DNA of 64,000 nt from Actinomycetes bacterium. GTDB lineage: Bacteria > Actinomycetota > Acidimicrobiia > Acidimicrobiales > Bog-793. Positions 26,572 through 35,537 of the stretch are shown piece by piece. Both the position numbers and the translations under genes were made by a program. The notes under the pieces were generated by a model. It searched no databases. It worked only from the letters and a program-made list of their open reading frames with translations, and was not told the origin of the DNA. How positions within the stretch are numbered: the stretch's first letter is position 1; each line of letters opens with the position of its first letter. The stretch is from positions 4,514 through 68,513 of the forward strand of contig JAJZZB010000005.1 in NCBI GenBank assembly GCA_021797795.1, given 5' to 3'.

Positions 26572-27625
26572 GGTGCTCGGAGTGGGTCTGTCGCACTACC
26601 CGCTTCTCGGAGGCCTTGACGAGGACATGGCGTCGATCCTTCGCTACACCCTGGAGGACCCCGACATTCCAGCGGCGGAGAAGGACCCCGCAGGCTGGCC
26701 CGAGGAGATGAGGGTCGAGTGGGGCGTCGACGGCGGAGTGGCTGCGGCGGCGGCGCACCGCGTCCGGCTCGTCGAGGGATTCGCCCGCCTGCGCCGCGAG
26801 ATCGACGAGTTCGCTCCCGACGCCCTTGTGGTCTGGGGCGACGACCAGTACGAGAACTTCCAAGAGGACCTCATCCCCGCCTTCACGGTGCAGATCTACG
26901 GCGACCGGGAGATCTACCCGTGGCGCCATGCCAAGGAGTCCTCGGCCCTCCTCGGCCGTCCCAACGCCTGGGGCGAGGACGCCGACACGCGCGTGGTGGT
27001 GCGGGGCGCACCCGAGGTCGGCCGGTTGCTCACCGAGGGACTGCTCGAGCGGGACGTCGACGTCGCCTACGCCTACCGGCCCCTGCACCACGAGAGCCTG
27101 CCGCATGCCTTCCTCAACACGATCCTCTACCTCGACTACGCCCGCACGGGGTTTCCGTATCCCGTAGTCCCCTTCCCCATCAACTGCTACGGGCGGCGGG
27201 TGGTCAGCTACAAGGGCTTCGTCTCACGTTTCGGAGACCGCCAGCGCCTCGACCCGCCCTCGCCGTCGCCCTCGAGGGCGATGCAGGTCGGCGCCGCCGT
27301 GGCCGACGTGCTTGTTGCCAGCTCCTACCGGGTGGTGCTCGTCGCGTCGAGCAGCTGGTCGCACGCCTTCCTCTGCGACAAGACGTGGCGGCTCCGGCCC
27401 GACGGCGAGGCAGACCGCAGGTTCTACGAGGCGCTGCAGGCTGACGACTTCGACTTCTGGCGCGCGACGACGGTGAGGGATCTCGAGGACTCCGGTCAAC
27501 AGGAGATGCTCAACTGGTTCGTCCTCCTCGGAGCCATGGAGCGCCTCGGCCGGAGCCTCAGCTGGTCGTCATACGTCGCCACGGACGTCTTCAATTCCGA
27601 CAAGGTCTTCGCCCTCTACCGATGA
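26564..27625 (+). CDS. class III (LigB-superfamily) extradiol ring-cleavage dioxygenase
   Basis: 353-aa ORF. LigB-like blocks: VGLSHYPLL, DALVVWGDDQYENF, SSSWSHAFL. Confidence 0.65.
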   Translation: MAEVLGVGLSHYPLLGGLDEDMASILRYTLEDPDIPAAEKDPAGWPEEMRVEWGVDGGVAAAAAHRVRLVEGFARLRREIDEFAPDALVVWGDDQYENFQEDLIPAFTVQIYGDREIYPWRHAKESSALLGRPNAWGEDADTRVVVRGAPEVGRLLTEGLLERDVDVAYAYRPLHHESLPHAFLNTILYLDYARTGFPYPVVPFPINCYGRRVVSYKGFVSRFGDRQRLDPPSPSPSRAMQVGAAVADVLVASSYRVVLVASSSWSHAFLCDKTWRLRPDGEADRRFYEALQADDFDFWRATTVRDLEDSGQQEMLNWFVLLGAMERLGRSLSWSSYVATDVFNSDKVFALYR

Positions 27626-27630
27626 GAAGA

Positions 27631-27822
27631 TCAGGAGCCCCGTTCCGCGATGGTCACGTCCCCGGCCGCCCAGTGCGTCGTCGGCACCTCCCGGATCACG
27701 ACGCGGATGCTCGACCTCGGTGCGTCGAGCGAGTGCTCAGCCGCCGCCGTCAGCTCGGAGATGAGACTCCGGAGGCGCTCGTATGGCCTGCCCTCGACGA
27801 GGGTCACTTCGATGAGAGGCAC
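27631..27822 (-). CDS. 4-oxalocrotonate tautomerase family enzyme
   Basis: ORF 27631..27912 trimmed to the GTG at 27822, 7 nt after AAGGAG. The 63-aa product begins (M)PLIEVTLVEGR, giving catalytic Pro1 after Met removal. Its stop is 5 nt from the stop of the convergent LigB-type gene. Confidence 0.8.
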   Translation of the reverse strand: MPLIEVTLVEGRPYERLRSLISELTAAAEHSLDAPRSSIRVVIREVPTTHWAAGDVTIAERGS

Positions 27823-27841
27823 GTCGTCGCTCCTTGTTCGT

Positions 27842-27858
27842 GGCGTCGGTCCGACGCC
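27842..27858. promoter_or_regulatory. 17-bp perfect palindrome in the 4-OT / LLM divergent region
   Basis: GGCGTCGG-T-CCGACGCC, 7 nt upstream of the tautomerase SD. The 9-mer CGTCGGTCC (27844-27852) recurs at 27893-27901. Confidence 0.4.
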
Positions 27859-27953
27859 GGCGGGGTGCGCTGCAGCCGCCCGTGTCCTAGTTCGTCGGTC
27901 CCCGCCGCGCAAGCACGAGGGCTCACCGGCTCTGAGGAAAGGAGAGCACGTAC

Positions 27954-28973
27954 ATGACTGGAGAACCGATCGGGGTCATGCTCCACACCGGAGACCTGAG
28001 CTACCCCGACATCGCCTCGTTTGCGAGGCAGGCAGAGGCGCTCGGGTACGACGGCTTCTTCCTCACCGAGGAGTCGGGGAAGGAGGCCTTCTCGCTCCTC
28101 GCACTGCTGGCCGAGAAGACCGAGTCGATCCACCTCGGCACGAGCATCGTGAACTTCTACTCGCGGACGCCCACGCTGCTCGCGATGGCCGCCCGCTCGA
28201 TGCACGACCTCTCCGGTGGGCGGTTCGGTCCGCTCGGACTCGGCACGGGCGGGATCGGCTTCATGAACCGGGGCCATGGCATCGAGTTCGACCGCCCGGT
28301 CGGCAGGGCGCGCGAGACGGTCGAGATCGTGCGGAGCCTGCTCACCGAGAAGCGGACCACCTACGCGGGCAAGTGGTTCCACGTGGACGACTTCCACCTG
28401 CGGGAGGGGCCGCTGCCCGAGGGCGCCTCGATCCCGCTCTGGCTGGCGGCGCTCGGGCCGCAGATGGCGGCGATGAGCGCCAAGGTGGCCGACGGGCTGA
28501 TCACCAACTGGCTCATCCCCGAGTCGCTCGAGGAGTTCCGCAACCTCATCAAACTCGAGTGCGACAAGATCGGGCGCAATCCGGCGGAGGTGACCATCGC
28601 CACGCTGCTCATGGTCTGCACCGACTCCACCGACGAGCAGGCACGTCGAGCCGCCCGCCGCGGCGTCGCGTTCTACTGCGCGAGCGAGCACTACCTGCAC
28701 ATCGCGGATCTCGCCGGGCTTGGCGATCGTGCCCGTGAGGTGAAGGCCGTCTGGGAGACCCGCGACTTCGCGGGCGCCGCCGAGCTCGTCACCGACGAGA
28801 TGCTCGAGCGCTTCATCGTCTTCGGCACCGAGGATCAGTGCCGCCAACGGGTGCGCTGGCTACTCGACGAGGGTGTCTATCCGATCGTCTACCCCCTGCC
28901 CCGCCATGACCGCATGTACGACGACCATGTGACGGCCGCGCGCAACGTGGCTCGCTGGGCAAAGGCGGGCTGA
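27954..28973 (+). CDS. LLM-class (luciferase-like) flavin/F420-dependent oxidoreductase
   Basis: 339-aa ORF with SD AAAGGAGAG upstream. LLM-family layout: GYDGFFLTE, LGTSIVNFYSRTP, LGLGTGG. Confidence 0.75.
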   Translation: MTGEPIGVMLHTGDLSYPDIASFARQAEALGYDGFFLTEESGKEAFSLLALLAEKTESIHLGTSIVNFYSRTPTLLAMAARSMHDLSGGRFGPLGLGTGGIGFMNRGHGIEFDRPVGRARETVEIVRSLLTEKRTTYAGKWFHVDDFHLREGPLPEGASIPLWLAALGPQMAAMSAKVADGLITNWLIPESLEEFRNLIKLECDKIGRNPAEVTIATLLMVCTDSTDEQARRAARRGVAFYCASEHYLHIADLAGLGDRAREVKAVWETRDFAGAAELVTDEMLERFIVFGTEDQCRQRVRWLLDEGVYPIVYPLPRHDRMYDDHVTAARNVARWAKAG

Positions 28974-28975
28974 GG

Positions 28976-30634
28976 ATGGCGATGGAGGGCGTCACGCCGT
29001 TCCCGCAGGAGTTCGCCGCACGCTACCGCCAGCTCGGCTACTGGCGAGACGAGACCCTCGGGAACGTCATCGGCGGGTGGATGCGGGAGCACGCCGAACG
29101 GGTGGCCATCCGCCATCCCGTCGAGTGGACCTACGGCGAGCTCGACGCCCGGGCGGGGCGTCTCGCCCGGAACCTCCTCGCGCTCGGCCTCGGCCCGCGT
29201 TCGCGCGTCGTCGTCCACCTTCCCAACGTGCCCGAGTTCCTGGAGCTGTACCTGGCTCTGCAGTACATCGGCGCCATCCCCCTGATGGCACTGCCGGCCC
29301 ACCGGGAGCACGAGATCGGCCACTACGTCGAGTTCGTCGAGGCGGAGGCGTACGCCGTGCCGGCATCGTTCGGCCGCTTCGACTTCCTCGAGTTCGCCCG
29401 TGGGATCAGGTCCAACTCGACCTGCCTGCGACACGTGCTCGTGGCCGGCCCGGCGCCGGCGGACGAGGGCTTCGTCTCGATCGGCGACCTCGCCGAGCAG
29501 GACCCGGCCTTCGGCCCGGAGGCACTCGAGGCGCTCGAGATCGACCCGGACGACCCGTGTGTCTTCCAGCTCTCGGGAGGGACGACCGGGATCCCGAAGG
29601 TCATTCCGCGCACCCACAACGACTACGCCTTCAACAGCCACCTGATCGGCTCGGTGAACGACATCCGGCCCGACGACGTGCTCCTCGTCGCTGCTCCCAT
29701 CGGGCACAACTTTCCGCTCGCCTCGCCGGGCGTCCAGGCGTTCTTCGAGTTCGGCGCGAGCGTGGCCTTGTCAACGACACCGAGGGCGGCCGAGGTGATG
29801 CCGATCATCGAGCGGTGCCGGGTCACCCACCTCGAGGTGGTCCCGGCCATGATCATCGGCTGGCTGAACGACGAGCACCTGGCCGATCACGACCTGTCGT
29901 CGGTGCGGGTCATCAACTCCGGCGGGCAGAAGTACCAGCGCGAAACCAAGATCCGCACCGAGGAGGCCTTCGCGAACGCCAAGGTGCAGGAGGTCTTCGG
30001 CATGGCCGAGGGCCTGCTCATGATCTCCCGGCTGGACGACCCGGCCGACGTCCGTTACGAGACGGCCGGCCGGCCGATCTGCCCCGAGGACGAGGTCCAA
30101 CTCGTCGGCGAGGACGGGGGGCCGGTCGAGCCGGGAGAGGTCGGGGAGCTGATCTGCCGCGGGCCGTACACCCTGCGCGGGTACTACAAGGTGCCCGAGG
30201 TGAATGCTCGGTCGTTCACGGCCGACGGTTTCTACATGAGCGGCGACCTGCTCCGGCTTCACCCGAGCGGCAACTACATCGTGGAGGGCCGCAGGAAGGA
30301 TCTCGTCAACCGCGGCGGCGAGAAGATCAGCGCCGAGGAGGTCGAGGACCTGCTCCTCTCCCACCCGGCGGTGAAGATGGTGGCGTGCGTCCCGATGCCC
30401 GATCCGGTGCTCGGGGAGCGCATGTGCGCCTTCGTCGTGCCGCGGGGAGCTCCGCCGGCGCTGGCGGACCTGACGGGCCTGCTCGCCGAGCGGGGCCTGG
30501 CTCGTTTCAAGCACCCCGAGCGCGTCGAGGTCGTCGACGAGCTGCCGCTGTCACCCTTTGGAAAGGTGCAGAAGAACGTCCTCGCGAAGCGGGTCGCCGA
30601 CCTTCTCGAGGTGGAGTCACTCTCACGAGCCTGA
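28976..30634 (+). CDS. DhbE/EntE-type aryl-acid adenylating enzyme / aryl-CoA ligase, paralog 1
   Basis: 552-aa ORF starting 2 nt after the LLM gene. Motifs: QLSGGTTGIPKVIPRTHNDY, GHNFPLASPG, FGMAEGLL, GDL..L.PSGNYIVEGRRKDLVNRGGEKISAEEVE, GKVQK. Confidence 0.8.
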   Translation: MAMEGVTPFPQEFAARYRQLGYWRDETLGNVIGGWMREHAERVAIRHPVEWTYGELDARAGRLARNLLALGLGPRSRVVVHLPNVPEFLELYLALQYIGAIPLMALPAHREHEIGHYVEFVEAEAYAVPASFGRFDFLEFARGIRSNSTCLRHVLVAGPAPADEGFVSIGDLAEQDPAFGPEALEALEIDPDDPCVFQLSGGTTGIPKVIPRTHNDYAFNSHLIGSVNDIRPDDVLLVAAPIGHNFPLASPGVQAFFEFGASVALSTTPRAAEVMPIIERCRVTHLEVVPAMIIGWLNDEHLADHDLSSVRVINSGGQKYQRETKIRTEEAFANAKVQEVFGMAEGLLMISRLDDPADVRYETAGRPICPEDEVQLVGEDGGPVEPGEVGELICRGPYTLRGYYKVPEVNARSFTADGFYMSGDLLRLHPSGNYIVEGRRKDLVNRGGEKISAEEVEDLLLSHPAVKMVACVPMPDPVLGERMCAFVVPRGAPPALADLTGLLAERGLARFKHPERVEVVDELPLSPFGKVQKNVLAKRVADLLEVESLSRA

Positions 30635-30643
30635 GGAGGAAGA

Positions 30644-31627
30644 GTGGTCATTGACTTCTATTCGCACGTCTGCCCCCGCAACCTGATGGACGCCCTGGCA
30701 GAGGAGTACCCGAGCGACGAGAGCGCGGCGCTCTTCCGCAAGCCGTACCTGTACGACGCCGAGAAGCGCCTCGCCTTCATGGACGAGGTGGGAATCGACA
30801 CCCAGGTGCTGGTCATGGTGCGGCCACCGATGTGGCTCGGCATGCCGCGGGAGATCATGTACCGCATGCTGCGGGCGGCCCACGACGGGATCGCCCAGAT
30901 GGCAGAGGCCCACCCGGGGCGCTTCCGGGGAGTGGCGGTTGCCCCCCGGGTCGACGACGGGGTACTCGAGGAGCTCCGGCGGGCGTGGGGTGAGCTCGGG
31001 CTCCGCGGCGTGCTGATCTTCTCGAACATCGAGGGCAAGCCGGTCGACGACAAGGAGATGTGGCCCCTCTATGACGAGTGCGAACGCCAGGACCAGCCGG
31101 TCTGGGTCCACCCTCAGCACACCGAGCACCTTTACCCGTGGATCAAGGAGTCGCTCCTGGACCGGAGCCTCGGCTGGCCCTTCGACACCTCGCTCGCCAT
31201 GGCCCGGCTCGTCTACGGCGGGGTCATGGAGCGACACCCCGACCTGAAGGTCGTGACCCACCACCTCGGCGGCATGATCCCGTACTTCGGCGCCCGCCTC
31301 GAGGCGTTCGATGCCGAGATCAACGAGTACTCGAGCCTCAAGCTCACCAAGGAGCGCAGCGTCGAGCTGTCCCGTCCCGTCGGTGAGTACTTCCGGCGCT
31401 TCTACAACGACACCGCGATCAGCTACGCACCGGGGACCCTCGAGTGCGGCGTCGGCTACTTCGGCGACAGGCACGTCCTGTTCGGCACAGACTTCCCGAT
31501 GGGCTCCGCCAGCGGGGAGCAGTGGACCCGCGACATCCTGAGGGCGATCGACGACGCCGCACTCGACCCTGCGAGCAAGGAGCGCATCCTCTCGGGCAAC
31601 GCCCGGGAGATGCTGGGGCTCGGATGA
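30644..31627 (+). CDS. amidohydrolase-2 (ACMSD-type) family protein, candidate non-oxidative aromatic decarboxylase or hydratase
   Basis: 327-aa ORF with a GTG start 3-9 nt after GAGGAGGA. VIDFYSHVCP near the N-terminus (metal His), VWVHP, GWPFDTSLA, VVTHHLGGMIPY, LFGTDFP. Confidence 0.65.
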   Translation: MVIDFYSHVCPRNLMDALAEEYPSDESAALFRKPYLYDAEKRLAFMDEVGIDTQVLVMVRPPMWLGMPREIMYRMLRAAHDGIAQMAEAHPGRFRGVAVAPRVDDGVLEELRRAWGELGLRGVLIFSNIEGKPVDDKEMWPLYDECERQDQPVWVHPQHTEHLYPWIKESLLDRSLGWPFDTSLAMARLVYGGVMERHPDLKVVTHHLGGMIPYFGARLEAFDAEINEYSSLKLTKERSVELSRPVGEYFRRFYNDTAISYAPGTLECGVGYFGDRHVLFGTDFPMGSASGEQWTRDILRAIDDAALDPASKERILSGNAREMLGLG

Positions 31628-31631
31628 GGTC

Positions 31632-32321
31632 TTGAGCGCGCTGCCGACAGCCTCGGACGAGCGCGTCGTGCGGGTGGCGGCTCGGGCCCTCGGGAGGGCA
31701 GGTCTCGTCCACGCCTACGGCCACTGCTCGGTGCGACTCGACGACTCGCACTTCCTCGTCTGCGCCGCCCGGCCGATGGCTCTCATCGCACCTGGCGAAC
31801 ACGGCACGGTCTGCGGGGTCGATGGCGAGCTTCCCGACGGCGTGCTCGGAGAGGTGAGGATCCACCAGGCGGTCTACCGTCGCCGTCCGGAGATCGGGGG
31901 CATCTGCCGGACGCAGCCCCCGTCCGTCATGACGCTCTCGGCGGCCGGGCTCACACCGGTCCCGCGTCACGGTTTCGGTGCCTACCTCGGCTCCCCACCC
32001 CCTCTACACGACGACGTCCGTCTCGTCCGCGACAGGGAGACGGCAGAGCGCGTCGCCGGGACGATGGCGGAACACGCCGCCATCGTCCTCAGGGGGAACG
32101 GTGCGGTCGTCGCTGCCGAGTCACTGGAGCGGGCGGTCGTGCTGACGTGGTACCTCGAGGACGCCGCCCGGGTCGAGCTCGCGCTGAGGTCGGCCGGCAT
32201 CGCCGACGGGGGCCTCACGCCGGAGCAGGCACGCTCCCGCGCGTCCTGGAGCGGCCGCATCGGCGAGCGGATGTGGGAGTACCTCACAGCCGGAGATCCC
32301 GAGACTGCGGCGCAGGGATGA
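31632..32321 (+). CDS. class II aldolase/adducin-fold protein, candidate ring-fission-product decarboxylase
   Basis: 229-aa ORF with a TTG start 4 nt after the previous stop. Aldolase_II-like blocks: GLVHAYGHCSVR, EVRIHQAVYRRRPEIGGICRTQPP, VLRGNGAVV. Confidence 0.55.
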   Translation: MSALPTASDERVVRVAARALGRAGLVHAYGHCSVRLDDSHFLVCAARPMALIAPGEHGTVCGVDGELPDGVLGEVRIHQAVYRRRPEIGGICRTQPPSVMTLSAAGLTPVPRHGFGAYLGSPPPLHDDVRLVRDRETAERVAGTMAEHAAIVLRGNGAVVAAESLERAVVLTWYLEDAARVELALRSAGIADGGLTPEQARSRASWSGRIGERMWEYLTAGDPETAAQG

Positions 32322-32400
32322 ACCGCCCGGGTGCGTTCTTGACAGGACGTTTCGGGCGGCCATACCGTGCCGCCGTGGGTCACTGCCGAGGTGGCTACTG

Positions 32401-33597
32401 ATGCCGGTGCGGGCGGGCAGAGTCCACGTCGTCGATGCGCTCCGGACGCCCATCGGCAAGGCCCGCGGCGTCCTGAGTTCGGTGCGTCCCGACGACCTTG
32501 CTGCCACCGTGCTGCGGGCCGTCGTGGCCCGGAACCCCACCCTCCCGCCCGAGGCGATCGAGGACGTCGCCTTCGGCAACGTCAACCAGGCCGGTGAGGA
32601 CAACCGCAACGTAGGCCGGATGGCCGTGCTCCTGGCGGGACTGCCGATCACCACGGCGGGCGTGACGGTGAACCGGCTCTGCGGTTCGAGTCTCGACGCC
32701 TTTCTCCACGCCTACAGGTCGATCGCCCTCGGCGAGGCGGAGGTGGCGGTCGCCGGTGGTGTCGAGTCGATGAGCCGGTCACCGTTCGTCATCGCCCGGC
32801 CGGATCGGGCACTGCCTCGGGTCCTCGACATGGTCGACACGACGATCGGGTGGCGGTTCACGAACCCGGACATGCCAGAGGAGTGGACCGTCTCGATGGG
32901 CGAGACGGCCGAGCGGCTGGCCGAGCAGTACGGCATCGCGCGGGAGCGCCAGGACCTCTTCGCGCTGGCGAGCCACGAGCGAGCCGTCGAAGCGAGGTCG
33001 AAGGGTGGCTTCGACAACGAGATCGTGCCCGTCGCCGTCGGGGGCGACAGCGTCCTTCACGACGAGGGGCCCCGCGCCTCGACCTCGCTCGCGGCGCTCG
33101 CCGCTCTCCGCCCGGCCTTCCGCCCGGGCGGGTCCGTCACGGCGGGCAACTCCTCCTCCATCAACGACGGGGCCTCCGCCACCCTGCTCGTGTCCGACGA
33201 GGCGCTCGAGCGCTACGGCCTGACCTCGATGGCGACGGTCCTAGGGGGAGCCGTGGCAGGGGTGCGGCCCGACATCATGGGGATCGGACCGGTTCCGGCC
33301 ACGGGCAAGCTTCTCGACCGCCTCGACTGGTCGGTGCAGGACCTTGCGGCTGTCGAGCTCAACGAGGCGTTCGCCGCTCAGAGCCTCGCCGTTCTGGCGG
33401 AGTGGGGAGTCCCCGACGACTGGACGCCGCTCAACGCCAACGGCGGTGCCATCGCCCTCGGGCACCCGCTCGGCTGCAGCGGCGTCCGGCTCATCGCCAC
33501 GCTGGTCCACCGGCTTCACGCCCGCGGCGGCGGCCGCGGACTCGCGACGATGTGCATCGGTGTCGGGCAGGGGATCGCCGTTGCCCTCGAGGCCTGA
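32401..33597 (+). CDS. acetyl-CoA C-acyltransferase (thiolase; beta-ketoadipyl/3-oxoacyl-CoA thiolase-like)
   Basis: 398-aa ORF. Thiolase blocks: VNRLCGSSLDA (active-site Cys), NEAFAAQ, NGGAIALGHPLGCSG, CIGVGQG. Confidence 0.85.
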   Translation: MPVRAGRVHVVDALRTPIGKARGVLSSVRPDDLAATVLRAVVARNPTLPPEAIEDVAFGNVNQAGEDNRNVGRMAVLLAGLPITTAGVTVNRLCGSSLDAFLHAYRSIALGEAEVAVAGGVESMSRSPFVIARPDRALPRVLDMVDTTIGWRFTNPDMPEEWTVSMGETAERLAEQYGIARERQDLFALASHERAVEARSKGGFDNEIVPVAVGGDSVLHDEGPRASTSLAALAALRPAFRPGGSVTAGNSSSINDGASATLLVSDEALERYGLTSMATVLGGAVAGVRPDIMGIGPVPATGKLLDRLDWSVQDLAAVELNEAFAAQSLAVLAEWGVPDDWTPLNANGGAIALGHPLGCSGVRLIATLVHRLHARGGGRGLATMCIGVGQGIAVALEA

Positions 33598-33693
33598 GCT
33601 CCCGCCGGCGGTGCCTGGCGGAAGGGCGCGCCCTTCCCCGGACACCCTGCGGGCTCCTCGTCGACGCCCGCCCGCACCCTCCTGGTCGCAGCG

Positions 33694-35469
33694 GTGAGCA
33701 TGTTCGGCCCAGACTGGTCCACCTCTCCCCGGGAGTACGAGGTGACAGTCGAGCGGGACGTGACTGTCCCGGGCAGCGACGGGGTGGAGCTTGTCGGTGA
33801 CCTCTTTCGGCCGACGACCGACCAGCCCGTGCCGGTCATCGCAGGTTTCCACCCGTACAACAACGAGTTCCAGACCGCCCCGATCACCCCTGAGGGCTTC
33901 AGCCTCCAGAGGGGATGGATGGAGTCGGGCGATCCCCACTTCTTCGCCCGCCGCGGCTACGCCCATCTCGTCGCCAACGTCCGCGGCACGGGGAAGTCGG
34001 GTGGCACCTACCAGGCGATGGGCCCGAAGGAGTCGCTCGACGTGGCAGCGGCCATCGAGTGGCTGGCGCGCCAGCCGTTCTCGAGCGGAGCTGTCGGGCT
34101 GTTCGGGATCTCCTACTTCTCGTGGCTGCACCTGCAGACGGCGATGCACCATCCGCCGGCGCTGAAGGCGGTCTTCGCCCCGTTCGGGGCGACGGACTTC
34201 TACCGCGACTTCCTCTATCACGGTGGCATCCTCTCCTACCGGTTCCTCCTCGGGTGGAAGGACAAGCTGGACGGCGTCCGCTACGACAGTTGGCACCGCC
34301 AGCGCCTCGGCGCCGACGGCTTCGAGCAGGCGATCTCACAGGCCCTCGCCGACGAGGAGATCGCTGCCGTCCCGGAGCTCGTCTCCTGCCTGCGGACGCC
34401 CACCGGCGCCGACGCCCTCGTCGCCGACGTCGTCCTCGCCTCACTCGACGGTCAGTTCTGGCAGGAGCGGAGCGTGGACTACTCCCGGACCTCCGTCCCC
34501 GTCTACCTCGGGGCCTGCTGGGGGCTCGATGGCCTCCATCTCCCTGCAGCCTTCAGGAGCTATCTCGCGTGGAGCGGTCCGGCACGCCTGATGGTCGGCC
34601 CCGACGTCTACCTCGATCGACCGCTCTACCAGCTGCAGCACGAGGCCGTGCGCTTCTTCGACCAGTATCTGAAGGGGAACGACACCGGGCGGTCGAAGGA
34701 TCCGCCCATCGAGCTGTTCGTCTCGAGAACCGGAAGGTGGAAGAGGACGACCGCCTGGCCGCTCCCCGAGACCCGGTTCACGCCGTTCCATCTCCATGCG
34801 GCAGGGTTGCTGAGCGAACGCGAGCCGGCACCGGCTCCGTCACAGGCGGCCTACGAGGACTCCCCCTTTCTCCACGGTGAGCTCCGCTTCTCGACACCCA
34901 CGCTCGTCGAGGAGACCGAGCTCGTCGGACCGGCGGTGCTCAACCTGTACTGCTCGAGCAGCGACGACGATGCTCTCGTGTTCGCCTCGTTACACGCCGT
35001 CGGCGGAGACGGGGTCGCCCGGGAGCTGGCGCGCAGCTGGCTGCGCGCCTCCCAGCGGGAGAAGGATCCCTCCTCGCCGCCATACGCCCCCCGCCAACTG
35101 CACGAGCGCCGCCAGCCGCTCGCGAGGGACCAGGTTGTCCTTCTCGAGATCGGCTTCAGCGGGATGGCGGTCAGGTTGCGGCCGGGCGAGCGTCTCATGC
35201 TCCGCCTCACGAGCTCCGACGACGAGCCGCCGCCGGACCCGCTTCGCGCCACCGGATGCGGTCATGTGAGCCGCCAGCGGGCCTCGGTGGTGACGGTCCA
35301 CCACGACGCGAGGTACCCCTCCTCGCTCGTCCTCCCCGTCACGGAGGGCAACCTGCTCGGGACCTTCCTCTCGGGAGGCGTGCTGCCCGGAAGGACGGGG
35401 CCCATCCCGACGGCGAAGATCAAGCGGCTGAAGACGGCTGCCGCGCCGGACGGCACCTCGACGAGCTGA
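33694..35469 (+). CDS. CocE/NonD-family (S15) alpha/beta hydrolase
   Basis: 591-aa ORF (GTG at 33694; alternative ATG at 33700). VRGTGKSGG, GISYFSW nucleophile elbow and a long C-terminal beta-domain. Confidence 0.65.
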   Translation: MSMFGPDWSTSPREYEVTVERDVTVPGSDGVELVGDLFRPTTDQPVPVIAGFHPYNNEFQTAPITPEGFSLQRGWMESGDPHFFARRGYAHLVANVRGTGKSGGTYQAMGPKESLDVAAAIEWLARQPFSSGAVGLFGISYFSWLHLQTAMHHPPALKAVFAPFGATDFYRDFLYHGGILSYRFLLGWKDKLDGVRYDSWHRQRLGADGFEQAISQALADEEIAAVPELVSCLRTPTGADALVADVVLASLDGQFWQERSVDYSRTSVPVYLGACWGLDGLHLPAAFRSYLAWSGPARLMVGPDVYLDRPLYQLQHEAVRFFDQYLKGNDTGRSKDPPIELFVSRTGRWKRTTAWPLPETRFTPFHLHAAGLLSEREPAPAPSQAAYEDSPFLHGELRFSTPTLVEETELVGPAVLNLYCSSSDDDALVFASLHAVGGDGVARELARSWLRASQREKDPSSPPYAPRQLHERRQPLARDQVVLLEIGFSGMAVRLRPGERLMLRLTSSDDEPPPDPLRATGCGHVSRQRASVVTVHHDARYPSSLVLPVTEGNLLGTFLSGGVLPGRTGPIPTAKIKRLKTAAAPDGTSTS

Positions 35470-35537
35470 GCAGCCTTGACACCCTCGCCAGCCCCCGCTT
35501 ACCGTTCCCACGTGGGTACCTACCGGAGTAACTACTG

